Part shown: positions 31,646-40,262 of the stretch, piece by piece
Layout of the letters: each line of letters begins with the position of its first letter
How positions within the stretch are numbered: the first letter of the stretch is position 1
From: Rhodospirillaceae bacterium
Lineage (GTDB): Bacteria > Pseudomonadota > Alphaproteobacteria > UBA6615
Assembly: GCA_018702955.1 (NCBI GenBank)
Contig: JABJEK010000097.1
Coordinates: forward strand, 7,631-71,630
Direction of reading: 5' to 3'
DNA: 64,000 bases
Position numbers and translations under genes: made by a program
The notes under the pieces: model-generated
The model's input: only the letters and a program-made list of their open reading frames with translations
The model's database searches: none
Told to the model about the DNA's origin: nothing

Positions 31646-32848
31646 ATGAGTGATTCACCCGCCGCTTCTATGCGCCTCTGGTTGGTCCTGTTCGCCGTCA
31701 CACTGGTGCAGGTGCTGGCCACGTTCGCCAGTCTGACGATCGCTGCCATCGCGCCAGCGGTTTCCGACGGCGTCGGTGTTCCGGTCGAGTTCATCGGTTT
31801 TCAGGTCGCGGTGATCTATACCGGCGCATCATCCATCTCCGCGCTGTCGGACTTTTTGCTTCGGCGCTGGGGGCCGGCGCGCGTCAGTCAGATCAGCCTC
31901 GGTTTGTGCGGGGGCGGCGTGGCCCTGTCGGCGGTGCCGGTGATTCCCGTCATGGCGCTGGGGGCATTGTTCCTGGGGTTCGGCTATGGCATGACCAACC
32001 CATCGGCGACCCAGATTCTCATGAAGCTGACCCCCAATAGCGCGCGCAACTTCGTGTTTTCGGTCAAGCAAACCGGCGTACCTTTGGGCGGCATGGCCGC
32101 CGGGCTCGTCGCGCCGGGCGCCACCGAGGCTTTCGGCTGGCAGACAGCGCCGCTCATCGTGGCGGTGTGCTGCGTGGTCCTGATGTTTGCCCTCCAACCC
32201 TGGCGCAACGGCTGGGACGCGGACCGCAATCCTGGCGCGCGGCTCAACGCCGGCGCCTTCGCGGCCATGTCGATGGTCTGGCGCGTACCGGCGTTACGTT
32301 GGCTCAGTATCGGCGGTTTCACCTATGCTTTTACCCAGCTTTCACTCTCGACATTTGCGGTCACCATCCTGGTGGTCGAGGCGCAGTTCTCTTTGGTGGC
32401 AGCGGGCGCAGTCCTCGCGGCGATCCAGGCGGCAGGCATCATCGGCCGCGTGGCCTGGGGCCTGATCGCCGATCGCTGGGGCATCGGCGGCAATTTGCTG
32501 ATCATCATGGGCGTGATGAATCTAACCGGCGCCTTCGCCATGATCTGGATCGGGCCGGACTGGCCGATCTGGGTGATCTACTTCTTCTTCGTTGCCTTCG
32601 CGGCGAGCGCGCTTGGCTGGACGGGCGTGTTCATCAGCTCGACCGTGGGCCACGCGCCGCGCGAGCAATCCGGCGCGGTGGCCGGCGGGATCGGCGTGCC
32701 GGTCTATGCCGGCGTGATCTTCGGAACCGCAATCCTGTCGGCCATGGCGGACGCCATGGGCAGCGTGTCGAACACCTATGCTGTGGTAATGGGGGTCGTG
32801 ACGGTCGGCCTGATCGCGTTCGTCATGGCCCGCCGCCAGACAAAGTAG
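31646..32848 (+). CDS. MFS transporter
   Basis: About 400 aa with 12 hydrophobic segments. Internal ATG (MSDSPAASMRLWLVLF) used as start. Confidence 0.7.
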   Translation: MSDSPAASMRLWLVLFAVTLVQVLATFASLTIAAIAPAVSDGVGVPVEFIGFQVAVIYTGASSISALSDFLLRRWGPARVSQISLGLCGGGVALSAVPVIPVMALGALFLGFGYGMTNPSATQILMKLTPNSARNFVFSVKQTGVPLGGMAAGLVAPGATEAFGWQTAPLIVAVCCVVLMFALQPWRNGWDADRNPGARLNAGAFAAMSMVWRVPALRWLSIGGFTYAFTQLSLSTFAVTILVVEAQFSLVAAGAVLAAIQAAGIIGRVAWGLIADRWGIGGNLLIIMGVMNLTGAFAMIWIGPDWPIWVIYFFFVAFAASALGWTGVFISSTVGHAPREQSGAVAGGIGVPVYAGVIFGTAILSAMADAMGSVSNTYAVVMGVVTVGLIAFVMARRQTK

Positions 32849-32855
32849 GCGCGGG

Positions 32856-33119
32856 TCAGGCCTTGCCGATCCGCGGCACGTCGGACGAGTGGTCGCCGAA
32901 CGCTTTTTGCAGGACCGATGTGCTGTTTTCAGCGAGCGCGATGCTCTCCGCGAGATGATTCAGGATCTTGATGTTGTTGTTGACCACCGTGGTCGCCTCG
33001 GGGCGACCATCATCCATGATCTTCGTCGCGCGCTGAATGATCTCATTGCGAATGGCCGTGAGAATGACTTCCAGCTTGTATCCTTCGGGATTCTCGTCGT
33101 TGACCAGGAACCCAGACAT
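32856..33119 (-). CDS. hypothetical small protein (87 aa)
   Basis: ATG with GGAG RBS at an 8-nt spacer. Located 75 nt downstream of the Baeyer-Villiger monooxygenase gene. No recognisable family. Confidence 0.5.
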   Translation of the reverse strand: MSGFLVNDENPEGYKLEVILTAIRNEIIQRATKIMDDGRPEATTVVNNNIKILNHLAESIALAENSTSVLQKAFGDHSSDVPRIGKA

Positions 33120-33194
33120 GATCGCACTCCGCGTTAGATGCCGATCTTGTCGTTGTAACTTACCGAGATAAACAAACCCTTACCGGGCAGGCGG

Positions 33195-34793
33195 CTAGTC
33201 CAGCGCGAACCCGGTATAGCCATTGGCCGCGACCTCGTCGCATTTGCGGACATACACCGGAAATCCGCCGCTATACGGCAGGACCACCCGAGCTTTGCCC
33301 GGGATATTGGAGCCAAAATACCAGGACTGGCATGTCGCCCGGAGCGACAGATCGCCCACTTCATTGACATGATTCACCCAGGATTTTTCGGCTTCGGCCT
33401 CCGGTTCGATCCGAATTTTGTCATGGCTTCGCATGTGCTCGATGCACGCCGTGATCCAGTCCACATGCTGCTCGATCGAGGGGATCATGTTGGTCAGCAC
33501 CGATGGGCTTCCCGGCCCGGTGATCATAAACAAATTTGGGAACCCGGCGACGCCAAGGCCCAAATAGGCGCGCGGACCATCTTCCCACTTGTCGCGTAGC
33601 TTGAGGTCATCCATCCCCTTGATGTCGATCCGCTTGAGCGCGCCGGTCACCGCATCGAAGCCCGTGGCGAGGACGAGCACATCGACTTCGTAGACCTGCC
33701 CATCGACGCACACGCCTTCGGGCGTGATCCGATCGATCGGTCTCTCGCTGATATCGATCAGGGAGACATTGTCGCGATTGTAAGTCTCGTAATAGTCGGT
33801 CCCGACACAAAGCCGCTTGCACAGGAACGCCTGCTTGGGCGCGAGCAATTCGCCAATCTCGGGATCGTCAACGATCCCCCGGATCTTGTTGCGAATGAAC
33901 TCCGATGCCGTCTCGTTGGCCGCGTCGCTGGTCTGGAAGTCCGCATAGGCCGCCATGAAGACCAGACCGCCATGGGCCCAGCGCGCCTCATACTCGCGAT
34001 CGCGTTCCTCTTTCGATATCGCCAGCGCCGATGGTCCGGCGACGGGGAAATAATTGCCCGAGAAACTTTTCTTCGCTCGCGCCCGAAGCTCGGGATAGTT
34101 GGCCCGGATCTCGGCCACCTCTTCGGGTTCCATCGGTCGGTTTCGCGACGGGATCACATAATTCGCTGTTCGCTGGAATACGTGAAGTGCCGCCGCCTGT
34201 TCGGCGATCACCGGAATGGATTGTACGCCCGAGGACCCGGTCCCGATCACCGCGACGCGCTTGCCGGTGAAATTAACGCCACCATCCGGCCAATGGGCCG
34301 TGTGATAGGTCTCGCCCGCAAAGTCGTCGAGGCCGTCAAATTCGGGATAATTCACCGCCGACAGGCAGCCGGTCGCCATGATGCAGTAGCGCGCGGTGGT
34401 GCTGGCACCGTCGCCGGTCTCGACACGCCAGAACCCTGCCTCTTCGTCCCAGGCCGTCGAATCGACGCGGGTCTCGAATTGAATGTCTGGCCGTAATTCG
34501 AACCGGTCGGCGACATGGCAGGCGTATTTATGGAGATCGGCCTGCGACGGATAGCGTTCGGGCCAATCCCATTCCTGCTGCAGTTCTTCGGAGAACTGAT
34601 AGGAATAGAACATGGTCTCCGTATCGACGCGCGCGCCGGGGTAGCGGTTCCAGTACCAAGTGCCGCCAACATCGGCCCCGGTCTCGAACACCCGGACCGA
34701 CAGGCCGAGTTCGCGTAACCGGTACAGCATGTACATGCCGGCAAAACCGGCACCGACGACGACAGCGTCAAAATCGGGTGCCTTCTTCGTCAT
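33195..34793 (-). CDS. Baeyer-Villiger (type I flavin) monooxygenase
   Basis: FAD motif VVVGAGFAG. Type I BVMO fingerprint FAGETYHTAHWP (FxGxxxHxxxWP). Second Rossmann VIGTGSSG. Confidence 0.9.
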   Translation of the reverse strand: MTKKAPDFDAVVVGAGFAGMYMLYRLRELGLSVRVFETGADVGGTWYWNRYPGARVDTETMFYSYQFSEELQQEWDWPERYPSQADLHKYACHVADRFELRPDIQFETRVDSTAWDEEAGFWRVETGDGASTTARYCIMATGCLSAVNYPEFDGLDDFAGETYHTAHWPDGGVNFTGKRVAVIGTGSSGVQSIPVIAEQAAALHVFQRTANYVIPSRNRPMEPEEVAEIRANYPELRARAKKSFSGNYFPVAGPSALAISKEERDREYEARWAHGGLVFMAAYADFQTSDAANETASEFIRNKIRGIVDDPEIGELLAPKQAFLCKRLCVGTDYYETYNRDNVSLIDISERPIDRITPEGVCVDGQVYEVDVLVLATGFDAVTGALKRIDIKGMDDLKLRDKWEDGPRAYLGLGVAGFPNLFMITGPGSPSVLTNMIPSIEQHVDWITACIEHMRSHDKIRIEPEAEAEKSWVNHVNEVGDLSLRATCQSWYFGSNIPGKARVVLPYSGGFPVYVRKCDEVAANGYTGFALD

Positions 34794-35827
34794 GACTGAG
34801 CTTGAGCGCTCATCAGTTCGCGGGCGAGATCGAGGTTCGACACATCGGGCTCAAGCTCACCCGACTGGATGCGGCGGGTGATCTCGGTCACGGCCGCGTT
34901 CACCGGAGTGGCCTGGCTGTGCTTTTCGCCCTCGTCGACCACGAGACCATTGATCAGATCGACCTCGCTGTAGCGGCCTTTCAGATGATCCTGGAGAACA
35001 CAATCGCGCGCCGCCGGGCCGATGTCGGCCGCCAGCTTGTCGAGCATTTTTTCGAGCAGCCGGTTGGTATCCTTCACGTCTTCCTCGGTCAGGCCGAAGA
35101 TTGGCTGGATCGTGTGGCCCAGCGTCTGGCCGACCGCCAGCGCTTCGGTGCCCGCCCGGAGCGTGAACTCGCGCATGCCCGGAACCTTCATCGCCTCGTA
35201 CAGGGTGAGACCCAGCATGGCGAGCGGCCCGAGGCACATGGTGTTGACCACGAGCTTCATCCATTTCGCCGAAATGATTTCCGACGAGATCGAGACTTTG
35301 CCGACATGCGTCAACAGTTCTTCGATCTCCGTCACGCGGTCAGCGGTGGCTTCGTTGACGCTGCCGAGCCCGAACCAGGTGTGATCTCGCGTTGTATTCC
35401 GTTGCACGATGCCGGGGGTGAAAATCTCGGACGACATCTCCATGACGCAACCCAGGGTGCGTTCAGGGCCGACGATCTCCTCAATATCATCCAGCATCAT
35501 CGCGTTCTGGACACCCACCAGGAGGCCGTCTTCCTTGAGATAGGGCTTGATCAGTTCGCAGGCCCAGCGCGTGTCATAGGCCTTCACCATCACGAGCACG
35601 ACATCGAACATCTCGTTGAGCGTACAGACATCGCAGAGATGATAGGCCTCGACCGGCACGTTGATCGTCTCGTCGGGAAAATCGATTTGCAGCCCGTTGG
35701 CGCGCATCGCCTCGACATGCGCCGGCCATTGATCGATCAGAACCACATCCAACCCTGCATGCGTCAGGGCGGCGGCAGTGCCGCCACCATTGGCGCCCGT
35801 CCCGACAACCGCGATTTTCTTGCTCAT
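34790..35827 (-). CDS. 2-dehydropantoate reductase (PanE/ApbA) family NAD(P)-oxidoreductase
   Basis: N-terminus MSKKIAVVGTGANGG (Rossmann). PanE/ApbA C-terminal domain. Its stop overlaps the Baeyer-Villiger monooxygenase start by 4 nt. The ORF upstream of 35827 is read-through. Confidence 0.75.
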   Translation of the reverse strand: MSKKIAVVGTGANGGGTAAALTHAGLDVVLIDQWPAHVEAMRANGLQIDFPDETINVPVEAYHLCDVCTLNEMFDVVLVMVKAYDTRWACELIKPYLKEDGLLVGVQNAMMLDDIEEIVGPERTLGCVMEMSSEIFTPGIVQRNTTRDHTWFGLGSVNEATADRVTEIEELLTHVGKVSISSEIISAKWMKLVVNTMCLGPLAMLGLTLYEAMKVPGMREFTLRAGTEALAVGQTLGHTIQPIFGLTEEDVKDTNRLLEKMLDKLAADIGPAARDCVLQDHLKGRYSEVDLINGLVVDEGEKHSQATPVNAAVTEITRRIQSGELEPDVSNLDLARELMSAQAQS

Positions 35828-36041
35828 ACATTCCCCCATGCCCGGCGTGATATCGCCAGAATCATTGATTGTTTCGCGCATACTAGGCGATCCAACGGAA
35901 AAACTCAGTCGCCTTGTTGGCCGTCCCGCACCGAAACGTGAAGACGATATTTCACCCCGCGACGTGACCATAACTCCCGCGAGCCCATAATAACGGGATG
36001 AAACGCGCGGTGATCCATATGCGCGGAAAAGGAGACAAACC

Positions 36042-37388
36042 ATGAGCAACAAGTTCGATATCGTCATCATCGGTGGGGGCAACGCGGGATTCGGCGTGTC
36101 CGCCGTCGCCAGCGAGGCCGGAAAAACGATCGCCTTCGTCGAGGAATGGGATTTCGGCGGAACCTGTCCCAATCGCGGCTGCACACCAAAGAAAGTTCTG
36201 GTTGCGGCCGCCCATGCGCTGTACGAGATTGAGCTGGCGAGCGTGCACGGCATCAATGTCGGCGAACCCAAACTGGACTGGGCGAAGCTGATCGACCGTG
36301 AAAAGGACATGATCGACTTCATTCCCGACGCCATGGCCGGCGTCGCCGAGAAACGCGGCCAGGTATTCCGCGGACACGCCAAATTCGTCGGACCGAACAG
36401 CATCGATGTGGACGGCACGGTCCTTGAGGCCGACAACATCGTCATCGCGACGGGCTCCAAGCCACGCGCGCTGCCTATCCCGGGCGCCGAACTGATGATC
36501 ACCTCGGACGAGGTCCTGTCGGAGCGCGAGCAGCCCAAGTCCGTGGTCTTTGTCGGTGGCGGCGTCATCGCCATGGAGTTCAGCCATGTCTATGCCCGCG
36601 CAGGCACGGACGTCACGATCCTCGAGGCGCTGCCCCAACTGCTGCCGAGGCTCGACGCAGATGCGGTCACAGCCATTCAAGGCGAGACCGAGCGGATCGG
36701 TGTCAACGTGAAGACGGGTGTAAAGGTAAACGAAATTCGCGAAGACAACGGGCAGTTGACGGTCGAATACGAACATGACGGCAAGACCCAAACCGTGAGC
36801 GCCGAACGGGTCGTCAACGGCGCCGGCCGTGTCGCCAATGTCGACACGCTCGATCTCGACGCCGGCAACGTCAACCATGACGGTGTCGCAGTCGATGTCG
36901 ATGCGTATCTGCGCTCAACCTCCAACCCTTCCGTCTGGGTGTGCGGCGATGCGCTCGTCACCTCTCCCCAGCTTTCGCCGCTCGCCACTTATGAAGGGCG
37001 CATCGTGGGCAAGAATATCGTCGAGGGGCCGGTAGAGATGCCCGAATACGCAGTCGTGCCGAACTGCGTCTACACGGTACCCGCACTGGCCAGCGTCGGG
37101 CTGACCGAGGCCGAGGCCAAAGAACAGGGTCTGAAGGTCAACGCGACCACCAACGATATGACCGGTTGGTTCTCCGGCAAGGCCTATGGCGAAACGGTGG
37201 CCTGGTCGAAGGTGCTGATCGACGAGGACACAGACCAAATCGTCGGCGCCCAGATGGTCGGGCATAGCGGCGAGGAACTGATCCAGCTGTTCGCCTTCGC
37301 CATGACCCACGGGATCACGGCGAGCCAGATCAAGAACACACCCACCGCGTTCCCGACCTTCGCGTCGGACGTGAAGAACCTGTTCTAG
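36042..37388 (+). CDS. FAD-dependent pyridine nucleotide-disulfide oxidoreductase (glutathione reductase / dihydrolipoamide dehydrogenase family)
   Basis: IVIIGGGNAG; redox-active disulfide GGTCPNRGCTPKK; C-terminal dimerisation domain. AAAGGAG RBS. Confidence 0.85.
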   Translation: MSNKFDIVIIGGGNAGFGVSAVASEAGKTIAFVEEWDFGGTCPNRGCTPKKVLVAAAHALYEIELASVHGINVGEPKLDWAKLIDREKDMIDFIPDAMAGVAEKRGQVFRGHAKFVGPNSIDVDGTVLEADNIVIATGSKPRALPIPGAELMITSDEVLSEREQPKSVVFVGGGVIAMEFSHVYARAGTDVTILEALPQLLPRLDADAVTAIQGETERIGVNVKTGVKVNEIREDNGQLTVEYEHDGKTQTVSAERVVNGAGRVANVDTLDLDAGNVNHDGVAVDVDAYLRSTSNPSVWVCGDALVTSPQLSPLATYEGRIVGKNIVEGPVEMPEYAVVPNCVYTVPALASVGLTEAEAKEQGLKVNATTNDMTGWFSGKAYGETVAWSKVLIDEDTDQIVGAQMVGHSGEELIQLFAFAMTHGITASQIKNTPTAFPTFASDVKNLF

Positions 37389-37393
37389 AAATG

Positions 37394-37432
37394 CAAAGGG
37401 GCATGACCGGCAGCGGTCATGCCCCTTTCATA
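37394..37432. terminator. convergent-gene hairpin terminator
   Basis: aaaggggcatgacc-ggcagc-ggtcatgccccttt: a 14-bp stem. Lies between the plus-strand gene ending at 37388 and the minus-strand gene ending at 37449. U-rich tail is better on the minus-strand transcript. Confidence 0.55.
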
Positions 37433-37448
37433 AAACCTGATACTCCGA

Positions 37449-38387
37449 TCAGCTGCCGGGCGCGTACTTGCCGGTAAGCTGCGGCGTGAACCGGCCCTCG
37501 CTGCCTTCCGCCGAGGTGTGCTCGAACCGGGTCACGCGGGCCCAGGTCCGCTTCAGCTCATCCTCGATATTGATCGTCAGGCGGCCGCAGCCCTCGACTT
37601 CGAGCTCCACCTTGTCGCCATCCTGGAAGGGGTTAAGCCCGCGATGGTTGGTGCCGGTCGCAATGACGTCGCCGACCTCCAGCGTGTGGACCGCACTCAG
37701 ATACTCGATCAGGCGTGGAATCTTGTGCGCCATGTCGTCGGTGTTGAAGTCCTGCATCAGGTCCCCGTTCACCCAAAGCTTCACATCGAGATTCTGCGGG
37801 TCGTCAAACTCGTCTGCCGTCACGAGCCACGGCCCTAGCGGCGCAAACGTGTCGCGGTTCTTGGCCTCGAAGAAAACATTGAAAGGTGTCGGCATATCGC
37901 GGGAAGACCCATCGATGAAGTTGAAATAGCCGAAAATGTAATCCATCGCTTCACTGGCCGGCACGTTCTTCGCGCGCTTGCCAATAACCAGCCCAAGTTC
38001 CGCTTCGCCTTCAAAAATCGTCGCGGGAATGTCGGGAAGCACCATGGAGTCTCCGTCACCGATGACCGTGCTGCCGGCCTTGTTAAAGGCATTGATCGGC
38101 GCCGGCTTCGGCAACGTGCCGTTCTCCATATAGTTGACCGCCATGCAATCGATGTTGCCGGGACGGGGCAACGGCGGGCGGATACGCACACTGGCGACGG
38201 GGATACCCTCGCCCGATGCCGCTGCCTTCTCCAGCCGGTCGCGATACGCGTCGAAGCGCTCGATCAGGCCGTTGATCAGATCATGCGGGCCGGTGTGCGG
38301 GATATCCTGCACTTCGGCGGACACATCCACCACATCATCGCCACGCAGAACACCAAGCCTAAAATCGTCGAAATAGAGTATTTTCAT
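37449..38387 (-). CDS. fumarylacetoacetate hydrolase (FAH) family protein (cytoplasmic)
   Basis: FAH core: CMAVNYMEN...EGEAELGLVIGK...FAPLGPWLVT...VGDVIATGT. Confidence 0.8.
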   Translation of the reverse strand: MKILYFDDFRLGVLRGDDVVDVSAEVQDIPHTGPHDLINGLIERFDAYRDRLEKAAASGEGIPVASVRIRPPLPRPGNIDCMAVNYMENGTLPKPAPINAFNKAGSTVIGDGDSMVLPDIPATIFEGEAELGLVIGKRAKNVPASEAMDYIFGYFNFIDGSSRDMPTPFNVFFEAKNRDTFAPLGPWLVTADEFDDPQNLDVKLWVNGDLMQDFNTDDMAHKIPRLIEYLSAVHTLEVGDVIATGTNHRGLNPFQDGDKVELEVEGCGRLTINIEDELKRTWARVTRFEHTSAEGSEGRFTPQLTGKYAPGS

Positions 38388-38581
38388 CCCGCTTCCCCAA
38401 ATTATCGGTCAATCCGTTGCCCTTCCGGCTGCGCCTTTTAGCAGACCCTGTGACCCGGATGCGAGCCCGGACGTCCACCATGCGACCACGACCGAGGATG
38501 CCCCTCGCGCCGGCCTTGTCTATCCGCTAGCCTCAAGCTCAACCAAAACGCACCCGATACGACCGCAAGGACGGACAAACG

Positions 38582-39508
38582 ATGAAAGCATCCTATTTCG
38601 AACGCCATGGTGGCCCCGAGGTCCTGACCTATGGCGACCTGCCAGATCCCGTTCCGGGCCCTGGCGAGGTGATCGTGGATATCCATGCCGCGAGCGTGAA
38701 CGCGGCAGACGTCAAGGTCCTCGAGGGCGGCACCTATGGCGAGGTCGGATACTTCCCCTACATCCTCGGCCGTGACTTCTCGGGTGTGGTTGCCAGCCTC
38801 GGTGAAGGCGCGGACGATTTCGCGGTCGGCGATCCGGTGTTCGGCGTGTGCGAACGCGGACAGGAAGGCACCTACGCGGAGAGGATCGCCATGGACCAAG
38901 CGCTCCTGACGTCGAAGCCCGACAACCTGTCCCACATCGACGCAGCCGCGCTGGCCCTGCCGGGGCTCACGGCGATCATCTCTATCGAGGAGACGATCAA
39001 ACTACAGGCGGACGAGAAAATCCTGATCCAGGGCGGCGCGGGCGGCGTAGCCGGGTTCGCCATCGAGCTCGCCAAACATATTGGCGCCCATGTCATCACC
39101 ACCTGCAGCGCCCGCAACATCGACTATGTGCGAGGTCTCGGCGCTGACGAGGTAATCGACTACAACGCCCAGGATTTCACCGAAATCCTCACGGACTGCG
39201 ACGCCGTGTTCGAAACCGTTGGCGGGGACGTGACGCAGAAATCATTCGCGGTCCTGAAACCAGGCGGCCGACTGGCCGGAATCGCCTCGGGCCCGAAGGC
39301 GCCGGACTCTCCACGTGATGACGTGGAGTCCCTGCGCCCGGCCGTTGGCCGAGACCGGAAATATATGGAACGGATCATCGCTCTGCGTGATGCCGGTGTC
39401 GTGCAAGTACCGCCGATCGAGACATATACCCTTGAGAACGCGGCGGCGGCCTTGACGAAAAGCGCTGGCCGTCACCTCACAGGCAAGCTGGTCCTGCAGG
39501 TCCGCTAG
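38582..39508 (+). CDS. quinone oxidoreductase / zinc-type medium-chain dehydrogenase family protein
   Basis: GPEVL...PGPGEVIVDI...ILIQGGAGGVAGFAIELAK: a medium-chain dehydrogenase/reductase-fold quinone oxidoreductase. Confidence 0.8.
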   Translation: MKASYFERHGGPEVLTYGDLPDPVPGPGEVIVDIHAASVNAADVKVLEGGTYGEVGYFPYILGRDFSGVVASLGEGADDFAVGDPVFGVCERGQEGTYAERIAMDQALLTSKPDNLSHIDAAALALPGLTAIISIEETIKLQADEKILIQGGAGGVAGFAIELAKHIGAHVITTCSARNIDYVRGLGADEVIDYNAQDFTEILTDCDAVFETVGGDVTQKSFAVLKPGGRLAGIASGPKAPDSPRDDVESLRPAVGRDRKYMERIIALRDAGVVQVPPIETYTLENAAAALTKSAGRHLTGKLVLQVR

Positions 39509-39513
39509 GGACG

Positions 39514-39828
39514 ATGCTCTACATCATCTACCAGGAGGACGGGCCGGATTCGCCGGCGTTGCGCGCGGCACACAAGCCGGCCCACTTCGCCTATCTGGAA
39601 GAGCATAAGGACATCCTCGTGCTCGGTGGCGCCATGCTGGCCGATGACGACGAGACCCGGATCGGCAGCACATTGATCATCAATGTGCCGAACCGGGAAG
39701 CCGCCGATCTATTTTCGGAGAACGAGCCGTTGCGTCGAGCAGGGACCTTCAAAAGCGTGAAGATCACGCGGATGCGCCGCGGCCAATGGAACCCCGACGC
39801 GGCACCGGACACCGCCGAGGGCAACTAG
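39514..39828 (+). CDS. YciI-like protein
   Basis: 104 aa. RxxHxxxL...GGAMLADD pattern of the YciI family. Confidence 0.7.
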   Translation: MLYIIYQEDGPDSPALRAAHKPAHFAYLEEHKDILVLGGAMLADDDETRIGSTLIINVPNREAADLFSENEPLRRAGTFKSVKITRMRRGQWNPDAAPDTAEGN

Positions 39829-39860
39829 ACCGGCAACCCATTTCGAACAAAGGAAAGCCG

Positions 39861-40262
39861 ATGGCCAAGACACAGATCACGTCGCCCAAGATGAAAGCAC
39901 CGGGCGGGCATTTCTCCCACGCCACGACCGTCGCGGCGCGCGGCCAACTGGTCTTCATCTCGGGCATGACGGCGCACACGCCGGATGGCTCCGTCGCCGG
40001 GGTCGGCGACCCCGAGGCCCAGACCCGACAGGTCTGCGAAAATCTGAAGGCAGCCATAGAGGAAGCCGGCGGCACCATGGCCGACATCTGCAGGGTCGAT
40101 GTCTTTGTCCGGAACATGGAGCATTTCGATGCGGTCCACAGAGTGCGCCGCGAGTATTTTGCACCACCCCTACCCGCCTCGACCATGGTCGAGGTCACTA
40201 AAATGACCCACCCGGATTATCTGGTGGAGATCAGCGCCATCGCCGTTCTCGAGGACGCCTAG
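39861..40262 (+). CDS. RidA/YjgF family enamine-imine deaminase-like protein
   Basis: 133 aa: ...QLVFISGMTA...ADICRVDVFV...MVEVTKM. AAGGAAAG RBS. Overlaps the convergent GMC-family stop by 4 nt. Confidence 0.8.
   Translation: MAKTQITSPKMKAPGGHFSHATTVAARGQLVFISGMTAHTPDGSVAGVGDPEAQTRQVCENLKAAIEEAGGTMADICRVDVFVRNMEHFDAVHRVRREYFAPPLPASTMVEVTKMTHPDYLVEISAIAVLEDA

Noticed and set aside
35828-36574. Upstream 249 codons of the ORF containing the PanE-like gene. Likewise the upstream extensions of the ORFs at 47827-48378, 51960-52154, 58928-59110 and 51931-52029.
   Set aside because: The recognisable N-termini (Rossmann MSKKIAVVGTG; MTSPKTWELY; MKMIIERD; MADAALQ; MATSNGEQ) start at internal ATGs with good RBSs. 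The extensions overlap neighbouring genes or promoter regions.
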